Shown: positions 1 to 10,547, numbered from the stretch's first letter. The stretch is 64,000 nt of DNA from Methanotrichaceae archaeon (GCA_963748825.1 CAVVKN010000004.1:83739-147738); one strand, 5' to 3'. A program made the numbers and translations. The notes: generated by a model from the sequence alone, not told the origin.

Positions 1-111
1 GAAGAGCAGCATTTTGAATTGATCGCCGATCTTCATCATCTCCTCTGATGGAATGTCAAAGAAGCCGCGAACTATCTCCAGGACCAGGGATTCCTCGTTT
101 GGTTCGAACAT
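1..111 (-). CDS. 5' end of a gene running off the window (MFEPNEESLVLEIVRGFFDIPSEEMMKIGDQFKMLLF...), product unknown
   Basis: Manual translation of the minus strand from ATG at 111, open to the window edge; co-oriented just downstream of the phosphoesterase. Confidence 0.55.
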   Translation of the reverse strand, partial: MFEPNEESLVLEIVRGFFDIPSEEMMKIGDQFKMLLF

Positions 112-151
112 GTTTTGACCTAGAGGATACATGATGAAATAGGTTTGGCAT

Positions 152-1093
152 CTAGAGAAGCTCGCACAAAAAGAGAGGCCTTTTCCGGCCCAACTGCCTT
201 ATGGCCAGTCCTCCCTCATCCAGAAGCATATAGGTATCGGGTGTCTCAAGGCAGGTGCGATTTTTCTGCTCGCGCGTAAAGCTGCCCGCGTTCACGGCCA
301 GAGGGCCACCCTTTCTCTGAAATATGCCAGGACGGTGCGTATCCCCATAAATGAAGCAGTCTATTTTGCCGAGGCTCCTCTCGCGAATGAACTTCAATAT
401 GGCCTCATATTGCCCCTCTACAGAAGCCTGGCGCTGGTTGGGAAAAACACCAGCGTTAAACCTCAGCAGAAGACTGGAGGCCTTCCAGATAGAGTTCTCG
501 AAAGAGACCATCTCTCCGATGCAGGCAGAACGGTAGATGCTCTCGTAGGCGTAAGTCATCATCATCTCCAGGTCTGCAGGAAGAAACTCCTCCCCAGAGA
601 GTCTGCGCAGCTTCTCCACCAACTGCAAAGTGAAAGTTTGGATGCCGTCCAGATGATGACCATGCGTGAAGAGGAAGGTCCTATGACAGCATCGGGCCCG
701 GTAAGTAGGATAGAGCATATCGATATCAACGCCGCAAAAAGTCCGGCGCCAGCGAATTGTTGGAATATAAATGGGATATAGATCGCCGCGACTTGCCCTC
801 TCCATGAACTCGGCCTCCTGCTTTTGTACCACCAGGTGATGATCGTGATTTCCTACAACGTAGCGAATCTTCAGATTCTCCTGAGAGAGCCGTTTTAAGA
901 AAGGAATTGAGCCCTTCACAGCATTCTCTGGGCGTACCCTCCAAAAATCGAAGATATCTCCCAAAAGCACAACCTCATCGAAGCCGCCCTCAAATTCCGA
1001 TATCTCTTGCATCAACTGGTCTACCTTTACCGGATTACTGAGAGTCGATGAATCCAGGCCGAAATGCGTATCAGAGATTATCAGAGATGCCAT
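152..1093 (-). CDS. Calcineurin-like metallophosphoesterase (LpxH-like family)
   Basis: Motifs ISDTH, LLGDIFD, VGNHD, THGH, GDTH; ATG at 1093 chosen (ORF track starts at 1114). Confidence 0.85.
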   Translation of the reverse strand: MASLIISDTHFGLDSSTLSNPVKVDQLMQEISEFEGGFDEVVLLGDIFDFWRVRPENAVKGSIPFLKRLSQENLKIRYVVGNHDHHLVVQKQEAEFMERASRGDLYPIYIPTIRWRRTFCGVDIDMLYPTYRARCCHRTFLFTHGHHLDGIQTFTLQLVEKLRRLSGEEFLPADLEMMMTYAYESIYRSACIGEMVSFENSIWKASSLLLRFNAGVFPNQRQASVEGQYEAILKFIRERSLGKIDCFIYGDTHRPGIFQRKGGPLAVNAGSFTREQKNRTCLETPDTYMLLDEGGLAIRQLGRKRPLFLCELL

Positions 1094-1255
1094 GCTTACC
1101 TTCCCCCTTCCCACAACTGTTTATTACTGTTGTTATTTATAAATATTGTGAGTCATGAACACCTGGAAAACGGCAAGTGAAACATAGTTCCTAGACAGAT
1201 TCACCCCCCTCGAGCAAAAGACAAAAATATGTTCTAAAAAAAGCAAAACATCAGA

Positions 1256-2128
1256 ATGATCGACATCGCCATTCCCAAGGGCAGCCTGCAAAATCAGACA
1301 CTGCAGCTCTTCGAGCAAGCCGGGCTGGAGGTTAAGAGAACCGAGCGGGAGTACAATGCCCGCATACAAGATCCTCGCATCGGCAAGGTGAAGATCCTCC
1401 GTCCCCAGGAGATACCAGGATATGTAGCCAAAGGCTATTTCGACCTGGGCATCTCCGGAACGGACTGGATAATGGAGTCCGGTTCCGTCGTGGCCCATGT
1501 GGCTGAGCTCAACTACGGCAAACTGGGACCGGGCATTGTAAAGCTGGTGGTTGCCGTGCCCGAGAGCCTGGATATTCACTCCGCCCGTGAGATAAAACCG
1601 GGCAGCCGCGTATCCACGGAATATCCGAGCCTCACCCAGGCCTTCTTCTTGAGCCTGGGAATACCGGTGGACATCCAGTTCTCTTTTGGAGCGACCGAAG
1701 CCAAGGTTCCGGAGCTGACCGATGTGGTCGTCGATCTCACCGAGACCGGTTCCACCCTGAAGAAGAACGGCCTGAAGATCATTGATGTCATGCTCAAGTC
1801 CACCTCGGAGCTGATTGCCAACAAAAAGAGCTGGGCTGACCCGGAGAAGCGCGAGGAGATCATCGCCGTGGAGACGCTTCTATCCGCAGTCATAAAGGCG
1901 AGAGGAAAGGTCCTGCTCAAGATGAATGTGCCCGAAGATGCCATTAAGGATGTCATCTCCATGCTGCCCAGCATGAAGAATCCCACCATCTCCAAGCTCT
2001 ACAACTCCGGCTACTACGCCGTGGAGACTGTGGTGGACAAATCCACCGTCAACCTGCTCATTCCCCAGTTGAAAAAGTCGGGAGCAGAGGATATCCTGGA
2101 GCTGGCCATCTCCAAGATCGTACCCTAA
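1256..2128 (+). CDS. hisG: ATP phosphoribosyltransferase (long form)
   Basis: IAIPKGSL, RPQEIP, DLGISGTDW, TEYP, GATE, VDLTETGSTLKKNGL and C-terminal ACT-like domain. Confidence 0.97.
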   Translation: MIDIAIPKGSLQNQTLQLFEQAGLEVKRTEREYNARIQDPRIGKVKILRPQEIPGYVAKGYFDLGISGTDWIMESGSVVAHVAELNYGKLGPGIVKLVVAVPESLDIHSAREIKPGSRVSTEYPSLTQAFFLSLGIPVDIQFSFGATEAKVPELTDVVVDLTETGSTLKKNGLKIIDVMLKSTSELIANKKSWADPEKREEIIAVETLLSAVIKARGKVLLKMNVPEDAIKDVISMLPSMKNPTISKLYNSGYYAVETVVDKSTVNLLIPQLKKSGAEDILELAISKIVP

Positions 2129-2197
2129 ATCTATAATTCATCCTTTTTCCAAAGCAAGTAGCAGCAAAACAATAATATGTTTTTTAAAAAAAGCAAG

Positions 2198-2272
2198 CGG
2201 GCGCGGGGGGATTCGAACCCCCGATCTACAGCTTAGGAGGCTGCCGCCTTATCCGGACTAGGCCACGCGCCC
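2198..2272 (-). tRNA. tRNA-Arg(CCT)
   Basis: Reverse complement folds as a cloverleaf: GGGCGCG acceptor, anticodon arm GCAGC-CT-CCT-AA-GCTGT, T-arm GGGGGTTCGAATCCCCC; CCA not encoded. Confidence 0.96.
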
Positions 2273-2462
2273 TTTTCAGGCTTTTCCGTATAACCAACAC
2301 GTATATCAACCTTTCCGGATTGGCACGCTCCTTTATTCCGATTGGCGATATTCTTTGCATCGCAAAATCCATCCGGAGAGTGAGATCGTTCCAACCGCGA
2401 TATCTCGCTCTTAGCGAGGTCTCTCCTTTCAGCGATGTCTCTTCTTTGGCGCTATCGCTCCT

Positions 2463-3986
2463 TCATCGAATGAGCACTGCGCTCAGAACAACCACGAAGA
2501 GGCCCAGGAAGAACCAGCCCAATATCCCTTCTGCCATGGCCAGATGCCTGTAAACGCCTACAGGATAGGTATTGACTGGCGCCTGGGAGGTAGTGAACAT
2601 GGCAATGCTGAAATAGAGGGCATCGGTGAAAGATACGCGCTTGCTGGGCTTTAGCCTGGGATCTCCAGGAAGCTCCACGCCCTCGATCTCGAACTTGTCC
2701 ATGCCCTTTCCTGCCCAAAATATAACTCCAAAGATGAGAATGGTAAAGAGACACCAGAAGGCAGTGTAGCTTACCCGAACACCATAGCCGCAGGAGAGCC
2801 AGGAGATGATGTCCGAGATTTTGCCCCAGCCCCAGGGCGCCTGGTCCTGACCGATTCTGCGGTATTGATAGTAACATTCATCGGCCTCATCAAACCACTC
2901 CAGGCTCTTGTAGTTCTTCACCAGTGCCAGGTAGGCGGCCCCATTGTACACCATGCGGTCCCGTATGGTGCTCCAGTGGACCACGAACTTGGAAAAGTCC
3001 GTGCTGTTAAGGTTAATTTTAGAGTTCTCACTGAATGTGACATTATCCAATTGCATGCTGTATAGCCTGGCCCCCTCCAAGATCAAATCCTCACCAAACC
3101 TGGAATTGACGAAATAGGCCAGGTCTGCCAACTTCACTCCCCCAAAGAAGGCCGTCTTTTTGAAGTCAACATTGCCAAAGTCCGCGAGACCACCAAAACT
3201 AGACAGGCCAAAAGTGCTGCCTCTCCAGAAGCGGGCATCACGAAAGACCACATCGCTCTCGAAACGAGTGGCGGCAAAAGTTGCATTGCCTCGAAACTGG
3301 GCAGATCGAAATGTGACCTGTCCGGCAAACTGAGTCTCAAAGAAGCTTACATCTTCGAAGTTAGCATTCCAGAAAGATCCGGAACGTAGGAACTTGGCAT
3401 AATTAAAGTCGACATCACTGGCGAAACCGGAATCAAGGAAGACGGCATCACCATCGAACTGAACGTTGCCAAAGCTGCTATCGCTCTGAAAAAGCGCGCT
3501 GATGAAGGAGGCTAGCGTACCAAAATAGGTGTCGGCAAAATCGGCCTGCTTTTGGAATCTTGCACCGGAAAACTTGGCGTCTCCCAGAAACCTGGACTTG
3601 ACAAAGCTGACATTCTCTTGAAAGATGCATCCCCGCAAATCCAGGACCTCAGCGAAAATCACTGCCTCTATTCTTACAGTTCCCAGGAAGCGGGAGTTGG
3701 TAATTCTTATCGATTGCTTGACAGGTCCATCCAAAAGCCCCAGATCCAGTTGACCGGCGATGGTTACATTGTTATAGTTCAGCGGCTCGCCCGATCTTAT
3801 TTGGTCCAGGATATCCTGGGCGGCTATGGTAGGAGGAGCCAAACCCTGCGGCAAAGAGGCATTAAGCCCAGGCTCTTCTGCCAAGGCATCGCTAAGCAGG
3901 AGGAACAGTAATAATGCCAAGAGCAGCATGTGCCATCTGGGAACTCGAATCACTGAGCAATTTGAAGATGGCCCAGGATTTATCAC
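2463..3986 (-). CDS. Pentapeptide-repeat protein with N-terminal signal-like segment and C-terminal 2-TM ion-channel-like domain
   Basis: A.F..A.F repeats; WLSCGYGVR; TM-pore helix (DALYFS)-TM (EGILGWFFLGLFVVVL). Confidence 0.8.
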   Translation of the reverse strand: MINPGPSSNCSVIRVPRWHMLLLALLLFLLLSDALAEEPGLNASLPQGLAPPTIAAQDILDQIRSGEPLNYNNVTIAGQLDLGLLDGPVKQSIRITNSRFLGTVRIEAVIFAEVLDLRGCIFQENVSFVKSRFLGDAKFSGARFQKQADFADTYFGTLASFISALFQSDSSFGNVQFDGDAVFLDSGFASDVDFNYAKFLRSGSFWNANFEDVSFFETQFAGQVTFRSAQFRGNATFAATRFESDVVFRDARFWRGSTFGLSSFGGLADFGNVDFKKTAFFGGVKLADLAYFVNSRFGEDLILEGARLYSMQLDNVTFSENSKINLNSTDFSKFVVHWSTIRDRMVYNGAAYLALVKNYKSLEWFDEADECYYQYRRIGQDQAPWGWGKISDIISWLSCGYGVRVSYTAFWCLFTILIFGVIFWAGKGMDKFEIEGVELPGDPRLKPSKRVSFTDALYFSIAMFTTSQAPVNTYPVGVYRHLAMAEGILGWFFLGLFVVVLSAVLIR

Positions 3987-3999
3987 TTTTGTATTTACA

Positions 4000-5538
4000 T
4001 TACCGGATCATAACCCGGCCCAAGGTCACCAGGAAGAGTGCCAGCAGCAGCCAGCCTAAAATTCCTTCCAGGATGACATAATATCTGTTTTTGCCTACCG
4101 GCAGAAATTCATTGGGCCCCCGGGAGATGAAGATCATGGTGCTGAAAAAGAGGGCGTTACGTAAGGTAACGTGTCCGGGCACGGCATACTTTTCCGCCGG
4201 CTCATGCAGGGGCTTGGCTGACTTTCGAATGCCGTCCCCACTCCAGAAAACCAGGGCGAAGATGAAGATTGTCAGAAGCGACCATATCCCTGCATAGCCG
4301 GGACGCACGCCATAGCCGCAAGAGAGCCAGGCCAAAATATCGATGACCTTAGACCAGCCCCATCCCTTATGATCTTGATCAATCTTTCGATATTGATAGT
4401 AGCAGTCATCCTGATCACCAGACCAGCCCAGGCGGCGGTAGTTTTCCACCAGCGCAAGATAAGCTCCCGGCTCCCAGACCACATGCCCAGCGATCTCATT
4501 CCAATGAGCCTTGAAGCGGGCAAAATCGGTGTCGTTCAGGATAATTCGAGAATTCTTGCCGAATTTTGCCTTATCCAAAAGGATGGTGGAGATCGATCCG
4601 CCCTTGAAGTTGAGATCACCATCGAACAGGGCGCTCTGGAAGCTGGCGATGTCCTGGAACTTGGTCAGGCCAAAGAAGGCATCCTTCTGAAACTTTGCTC
4701 CCGAGAAGTAGGCGGCATCAGAAAAGCGAGCCAGGCTGAAGACCGCCTCCCCGGAAAAGAGCGCGCCGCCAAAGGAAGAGAGGCCGGAGAAGCTGGCCAG
4801 GCCGAACTGGGTGGGGCCGGAAAAGACGGCATCGCTGAAGAGGGGACTGTTAAAACGAGACTGGAAGAAGTTGGCTTTACCGGAAAAGGAAGCGGCGGAA
4901 AAGTCTGGCGCCCCCAAGAAATCGACATCCGAAAAGAGGGCGTCTCCTAGGAACTGCGCGGACGCGAAGTAGGAATATGAGTCGAAATTGGAGTAATTGA
5001 AGTAAGCATTGGCCATGAACCGGGCCTCATTGAAAAAGGCATCCATGCCAAACGTGGCATCCTCGAAGCTCACGTTATCGCGAAAGAGGGCGCCATCGAA
5101 GACTGCTGGCTGGGAGAAGGAGGCGGCGGAAAAGCTCGCGTTGCCAAAGGCGGTGTTGGCGAAATCGGCCTGGCCCCGAAAGCTGGCCCGCTCAAAGCTG
5201 GCATTGCCAAAGGTGGTGCCCCAGAAGACGGCGTCCTTCGCGAAGGTGACGCCGGAGAAAGAAGCGTTGGCAATGGAGGAGTTGGTAAGCGCGAAAGTGG
5301 CGGAATCCTGGGCCTCTGGAAGGGAGCTGAGATCCAGGTCGCCAGAGATGCGGACACCATCGTAGTAAACGGGCTCGTTCTCTGCGATTTTGGCCAATAT
5401 CTCCTGGGCGGGGACGACCTGTTGTGCACCGGAAGTGACGACTAACGCCAACGCCAAGACGGTTATCAGTGCAAGAGATCGCCTGAGCATCCAGAAGCAC
5501 TTTGGGATTTCCGGGTCATATTCTTTGCGTACTGGCAT
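4000..5538 (-). CDS. Pentapeptide-repeat protein with C-terminal ion-channel-like domain (paralogue of 2463..3986)
   Basis: Same architecture; shared GAYLALV.NY..L.W....D.CYYQYR, WLSCGYGVR, EGILGW; start uncertain. Confidence 0.8.
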   Translation of the reverse strand: MPVRKEYDPEIPKCFWMLRRSLALITVLALALVVTSGAQQVVPAQEILAKIAENEPVYYDGVRISGDLDLSSLPEAQDSATFALTNSSIANASFSGVTFAKDAVFWGTTFGNASFERASFRGQADFANTAFGNASFSAASFSQPAVFDGALFRDNVSFEDATFGMDAFFNEARFMANAYFNYSNFDSYSYFASAQFLGDALFSDVDFLGAPDFSAASFSGKANFFQSRFNSPLFSDAVFSGPTQFGLASFSGLSSFGGALFSGEAVFSLARFSDAAYFSGAKFQKDAFFGLTKFQDIASFQSALFDGDLNFKGGSISTILLDKAKFGKNSRIILNDTDFARFKAHWNEIAGHVVWEPGAYLALVENYRRLGWSGDQDDCYYQYRKIDQDHKGWGWSKVIDILAWLSCGYGVRPGYAGIWSLLTIFIFALVFWSGDGIRKSAKPLHEPAEKYAVPGHVTLRNALFFSTMIFISRGPNEFLPVGKNRYYVILEGILGWLLLALFLVTLGRVMIR

Positions 5539-6243
5539 TTTCGCTGCGACGTCCCGAAACCTTTGACTTTTATATACCCATCAATGGGGCATGGGAAAGA
5601 ATCCATTCTTGCTGGTGGCCGGAGATTGCAGAGGATGATACGGAATGGCTGTATGGAATAAAGTCATTCAAAAGCTACAAAATGCGGCATTGGCGTCTAG
5701 AAGAACGGAAATTTATCAGAATTTTGTACTTTAGTCGCTATCCCTCCGCAAGCTTTTTCGTGTGCGCGAGGGATTGAGCACCAGAGAGATGAGATTTGGC
5801 GGCATCTAACGAGATCGCTGATCTAGGTGAGAAGTATTGGCATGATGGTAGACTCGCACAACGCATTTCACACGTCCGAAGAGGTCCTTCTCCATGCCTG
5901 AGCCTGGTCGCAGTGTCCCATCAACCTCATCCGAACTCGCAAATGGCGCTTCAGATACCACTACTGCAAAAATCAAACCTAACGTTATCGCCCATGACCT
6001 GGTCTTCCCCGAGCCAGTGCAAGTCGCAGGTCACCTACGATTATGTCCCCTTGAGGGCGGGTCCGCGTGTTTCTGCCTAGGTATCCTAAAGAGGAACGCC
6101 CGAGAGATATCCATAAATGCCAAAGCCCTGCAAAGGGCCAGTAAGATGAAAGACAAAGCAATTCATGTCTATGGATGCGCGCGTCTTGAGGTTAATACTT
6201 ACTAATACTCTGATTAAGTAATTATAGCGAGAGGAAGTGGAAA

Positions 6244-6909
6244 ATGTTTGTTTCGATAATAATACCGATAAAAGATGAGCCTGCCATTCAAGAGCTTATT
6301 GAGGATCTAAATAAGGCAATAAAACAAAATCATGAAATAATTATTGTTGATAAAAGCAAGGTTACGCCTAATATTCAGGATGCAAGAATCATATCTCAGA
6401 GATCTGATGGCCTTGGCAATGCCTTCGTTGAAGGTTTGAGCAAAGCAAATGGCGATGTAATAGCACTAATGGATGGCGACGGTTCACACAGACCGGAAGA
6501 TTTGAATAATTTGTTAAGCAAAATTGGAGAATATGATATAGCACTTGGCTCCAAGCTTATAGAAGGTGGGCAAAGTCATGATTCAATAGGTAGAAAGACT
6601 GTCACACTTGTTTTTTCTCTGTTAACCCGATTGATTTTATGGGTAGACATAAAAGATCCGATGACTGGGTTTATGGCTGCAAAAAGGAGCGTGTTTAGGG
6701 ATCTAACGCTCAAACCCAGGGGTTTCAAAATAGTAATTGAAATTGTATATAAATCTCAGGCAAATACTACAGAAGTTCCTATCCTATTCCGAGAGAGACA
6801 AGGTGGGGCTTCAAAAGCAGGCTTCAATGCAAATGGTCTTAAAGAGGTTTTCTTGATAATTAAGACCCTATTCGGGCTAAGAATGGGGCGATTGAGGGGA
6901 TACTGGTAA
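6244..6909 (+). CDS. GT2 polyprenol/dolichol-phosphate hexosyltransferase (DPM1/GtrB-like)
   Basis: VSIIIP, IIIVD, GLG.A...G, MDGDGSH.PE, DPMTGF, EVPI.F.ER..G.SK. Confidence 0.9.
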   Translation: MFVSIIIPIKDEPAIQELIEDLNKAIKQNHEIIIVDKSKVTPNIQDARIISQRSDGLGNAFVEGLSKANGDVIALMDGDGSHRPEDLNNLLSKIGEYDIALGSKLIEGGQSHDSIGRKTVTLVFSLLTRLILWVDIKDPMTGFMAAKRSVFRDLTLKPRGFKIVIEIVYKSQANTTEVPILFRERQGGASKAGFNANGLKEVFLIIKTLFGLRMGRLRGYW

Positions 6910-7003
6910 ATCGTTGATTAGAGGACACTCATAACTTTAGTTGTTTATCACTCCAGTATTTTCTTAGCGAGGGGTTATATAGCGATGTTTGAGAAGAGGA
7001 TCA

Positions 7004-7441
7004 ATGGACTTGAGGGGGGATCAATTAATTGGTGCTAAGATTAGTGGTCACCGGAAAACCATATCCAAATTTGCCTTTGTTGGGGCAATTGGGGCTATTA
7101 TTAATCTGTCTTTGTTGTGGTTTTTAACAAGTGTTGGCTTATTATACTACATTTTTTCGGCAATTATCGCGATTGAGGTGAGCATATTTTGTAATTTTTA
7201 TTTAAATTCTAAGATAACATTTGATTATCAGTTCTTGAATAGATCGGACATTGTTTCGGCAATTTTTAGATATCATTTAGCATCCTTGCTTGGGATATTA
7301 GTTAATATTTTAACGCTGATTATCTTAACTGAATATTTTAAAATATTTTATTTGGTTTCAGAGATTATAGCAATTTTCTCAGCCTTTGGATTAAATTATT
7401 TTATTAGTATAAATTGGGTATGGAACAAACCGGGCGGATGA
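7004..7441 (+). CDS. GtrA-family flippase-like membrane protein
   Basis: KFAFVGAIGAIIN, four TM segments, NF.LN...TF and NY.....WVW motifs. Confidence 0.88.
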   Translation: MDLRGDQLIGAKISGHRKTISKFAFVGAIGAIINLSLLWFLTSVGLLYYIFSAIIAIEVSIFCNFYLNSKITFDYQFLNRSDIVSAIFRYHLASLLGILVNILTLIILTEYFKIFYLVSEIIAIFSAFGLNYFISINWVWNKPGG

Positions 7442-7643
7442 AAACGTCATTCACTAGTCAAATTGCGGCGGCACGCCACTGTCAAGTACTTTCCTCTAAT
7501 TTTTATGTACTAGATAAAAAAAGGAAAGCGTATTTACATCTTTTGTTAAAGTTAGAGTACTGAGGGTAACTTTTATAACTGAACGAAGAGTCGAACCACT
7601 GAAGTGCTGACGCACTTGAGGTAAGAAGGAGGGAGGTAGAAGG

Positions 7644-9464
7644 ATGGAGCAATCATCGCAGAAAGCTCGTATCAAAGTCATCAGCGAGCATATCACTAAT
7701 ATTTTCTCAAATGAGAAAAATGTTCTGATTGCATTGATGCTCTTTGGCCTACTCTGTCGCCTTTTCAACCTGGCCACTCCTCTTCTGGATTATCATAGTT
7801 GGCGGCAAACTGACACAGCAGCCATAGCCAGAAATTTTTATTACAATGGATTTAATATTTTTTATCCGCAAATAGACTGGGGAGGGGCCGGCCCGGGATA
7901 TGTTGAAGCAGAATTTCAATTAGTTCCATTTATAATTGCTATATTTTATAAAATATTTGGAGTTCATGAATATGTAGCCCGGCTTGTAATCATAGCTTTT
8001 TCAGTAGGTTCTATTTATCTTCTTTATAAAATGGTGCGCATTTACTACAGCAGAAGGGTAGCTATCTTCAGCGCAATTTTCTTTATTATATCTCCTATGG
8101 AGCTATATTTTGGCAGGACCGTTATGCCAGATTCAGCCATGATTTTCTTTTCGATTGGTTCACTATATTTTTTTAATAAATGGACCAATGACGAAAAAAA
8201 TGGCTCATTGATTTTGGCGATAATCTGCACAACCCTTGCCTTCCTTGTAAAGATATCCACGCTATATTTGGGATTGCCTTTGCTCTGGTTGGCATACACT
8301 AAGTACGGAAAGAGGTTTTTATTCGAACCAAAGCTCTACATCTTCACTATACTTATATTAATTCCCCCAGTTATGTGGTATTATTTTGCCCATTCAGTTC
8401 TTGCCCAGTACAATACATTTGATTTTTGGAACCTTGGCAGCGGGAGCAAATTTGCCAGCCTCGAAACGCTTACTGATCCGTGGATTTACACAACTCTCGC
8501 CACAAGGTTGGTAATCTACATATTCACGCCAGTCGGGTTGCTGCTATTTATCTACGCACTATCTTTGAAGACGAAGCTCAAGGATTACGTATTTCATTTC
8601 TGGGTCCTAGCCGTAATCATCTTTTTTTTGCTGGTTCCTCTTGGCAACATTGGCAATGACTACTACCAACGAGCATTGATTCCTGCCGTAGCAGTCTTTG
8701 TGGGAAGAGCTCTCTCTGAGGTGTATGAAAAAAAGAAGATATTACCATTCATTCTTGTTGCTTTCATATCGATATCATCCGTTTACTATATGGCCCCCGC
8801 ATATGATCAAGGTTATGTAATCCTTGATGCAGGGACTATGGTAGATAAGGTAACCAGCCAGAATGACCTAATAATAACAACCTCATGGATAGGCTCGAGT
8901 CCAAATATATTATATTATTCAAATAGAAAAGGCTGGGTAGTTCCAGCGGAAAGATGGTCAGAGGAGACCATTGAGCAGATGAAAGTACAGGGTGCAAAAT
9001 TCTTGGTGATTGCTCCACAGTCATTGCTTTCAGATAATCCCCAATTTGCCAATCAAATCTTCAGTAATTATAGGTCGCTCATTGGTAGTAATTTCGTGAT
9101 ATTTGATTTGTCTCTGCCAAGCGATATAAACCGCTCACCAAATCAGACTGATATAGCCTTCAAAGGCAGTGGTGCACTCGTCGGTGGAAATATGGAAGAA
9201 AGCACCTCAGGTCTCCTGAATATAACCTGTTATTATAATAGATCTGATGTAAATATTAATACAAATAGAATAAATGGAAAATATTACGTTCTTGGGGTTG
9301 ATTTTATGGATAAAGACGGTCAAATAGTACGTGAGAATCGATTCTTCACCAGCGAACTATCCCCCAGTGGCATCACAAAGAATAACTATGTGACTTCATT
9401 GTCTTCAGATGAGAAAGCGAAGATATATGATGCTCAAGTAAAACTTGGCGAAATAGAATTCTAA
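7644..9464 (+). CDS. GT-C fold lipid-sugar-dependent glycosyltransferase (ArnT/PMT_2 family) with soluble C-terminal extension
   Basis: WRQTDTAAIARNF, E.EFQ, ARL, 11-13 hydrophobic segments, YYSNRKGW. Confidence 0.85.
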   Translation: MEQSSQKARIKVISEHITNIFSNEKNVLIALMLFGLLCRLFNLATPLLDYHSWRQTDTAAIARNFYYNGFNIFYPQIDWGGAGPGYVEAEFQLVPFIIAIFYKIFGVHEYVARLVIIAFSVGSIYLLYKMVRIYYSRRVAIFSAIFFIISPMELYFGRTVMPDSAMIFFSIGSLYFFNKWTNDEKNGSLILAIICTTLAFLVKISTLYLGLPLLWLAYTKYGKRFLFEPKLYIFTILILIPPVMWYYFAHSVLAQYNTFDFWNLGSGSKFASLETLTDPWIYTTLATRLVIYIFTPVGLLLFIYALSLKTKLKDYVFHFWVLAVIIFFLLVPLGNIGNDYYQRALIPAVAVFVGRALSEVYEKKKILPFILVAFISISSVYYMAPAYDQGYVILDAGTMVDKVTSQNDLIITTSWIGSSPNILYYSNRKGWVVPAERWSEETIEQMKVQGAKFLVIAPQSLLSDNPQFANQIFSNYRSLIGSNFVIFDLSLPSDINRSPNQTDIAFKGSGALVGGNMEESTSGLLNITCYYNRSDVNINTNRINGKYYVLGVDFMDKDGQIVRENRFFTSELSPSGITKNNYVTSLSSDEKAKIYDAQVKLGEIEF

Positions 9465-9623
9465 TTCATACATGTAATTTGAGCCATTAACTATTTTTGG
9501 TCGCCTGCGTGAGCTATTAAAAAGCGCTAATTATAATTCTACATCCAGCAAGGGTCCAATCTACCCAAATTGGAAAACATCAAGCGTAGCTATATATGCC
9601 GATCTATTCTTTCACCTCATGCC

Positions 9624-10547
9624 ATGCCACCACAAAATCAAGCTACACAGACCCTCACCAAGCAGGGCTACCACCTGGTGGGCTCGGGCGCAGTCAAGCC
9701 CTGCCTGTGGCTCAACCGCTCCCTGCGAGGCGGGGACCAGTGCTACAAGCATCACTTCTACGGCATCTCCAGCCACCGCTGCGTGCAGATGACGCCCACC
9801 TTGGAGTGCAACCACCACTGCCTGCACTGCTGGAGGCCGATAGACGATCCTGTGCCGGGAATTGCCCCTCAGGAGCCTGCGGAGCTATTGGACGGCATCC
9901 TGCGCGGCCAGCAGAAGTTTATTTCCGGCTATGGCGGAGCCAAGACCACGGATCTGGAGAGGTTGGCCGAGGCGCGCGAGCCAAAGCATGTGGCTCTCTC
10001 CCTCATGGGCGAGCCCACACTCTATCCATATCTAAAGGAGCTTATCGATCTGATACGTAAAAGAGGCATGACCTCTTTTGTGGTGAGCAACGCCACAAAT
10101 CCCGATGTCCTGGCCGAGCTGCAGCCGACGCAGCTCTACCTCAGCCTCAATGCTCCCGACGAGGAGTTGTACCGGCGCGTCTGCCGTCCCACCGGAGAAC
10201 TCTGGCAAAGGATCCTGGAGAGCCTGGAGATCATCAAGCAGCACCGCTGCCGAAGCGTGATCCGCCTGACTCTGGTCCGCGGCCTGAACATGGAAAGGCC
10301 GGAGGACTACGCCCGCCTCATCGCGAAGGCCGAGCCGGACTTTGTGGAGGTCAAGGCATACATGCACCTGGGCCGCTCCCGAGACCGTCTGACCCGCGAG
10401 GCCATGCCGCAGCACTCCGAGATCATGGAATTCACTCGCACCTTAGGCAGGGCCCTGGGCTACGAGCTGGAGGCAGACGTGCCCCTGAGCCGGGTTGCCC
10501 TTCTCTCCAGCCGGCGTGTGGAGAGAAGCCTGGTGGATAAGAATTAA
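9624..10547 (+). CDS. taw1: 4-demethylwyosine synthase (radical SAM)
   Basis: VKPCLW, CYK..FYGI.SHRCVQMTP, CNHHCLHCWR, SLMGEPTLYP, EVKAYMHLG.SR. Confidence 0.95.
   Translation: MPPQNQATQTLTKQGYHLVGSGAVKPCLWLNRSLRGGDQCYKHHFYGISSHRCVQMTPTLECNHHCLHCWRPIDDPVPGIAPQEPAELLDGILRGQQKFISGYGGAKTTDLERLAEAREPKHVALSLMGEPTLYPYLKELIDLIRKRGMTSFVVSNATNPDVLAELQPTQLYLSLNAPDEELYRRVCRPTGELWQRILESLEIIKQHRCRSVIRLTLVRGLNMERPEDYARLIAKAEPDFVEVKAYMHLGRSRDRLTREAMPQHSEIMEFTRTLGRALGYELEADVPLSRVALLSSRRVERSLVDKN

Noticed and set aside
2198-2460. tRNA-Arg as an integration site
   Set aside because: No integrase and no duplicated tRNA 3' end found in the window; the same holds for tRNA-Trp and tRNA-Lys.
5540-6205. Short ORFs (5502..5777, 5796..6080, 5894..6205) and an antisense TGSGKT Walker-A-like string
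   Set aside because: No coherent domain, overlapping frames, and the TGSGKT lacks helicase context; treated as non-coding or decayed DNA.
7555-7625. Several CTGA/TGA words resembling a C/D sRNA upstream of the GT-C gene
   Set aside because: No good RTGATGA C box, spacing too short and no terminal stem.
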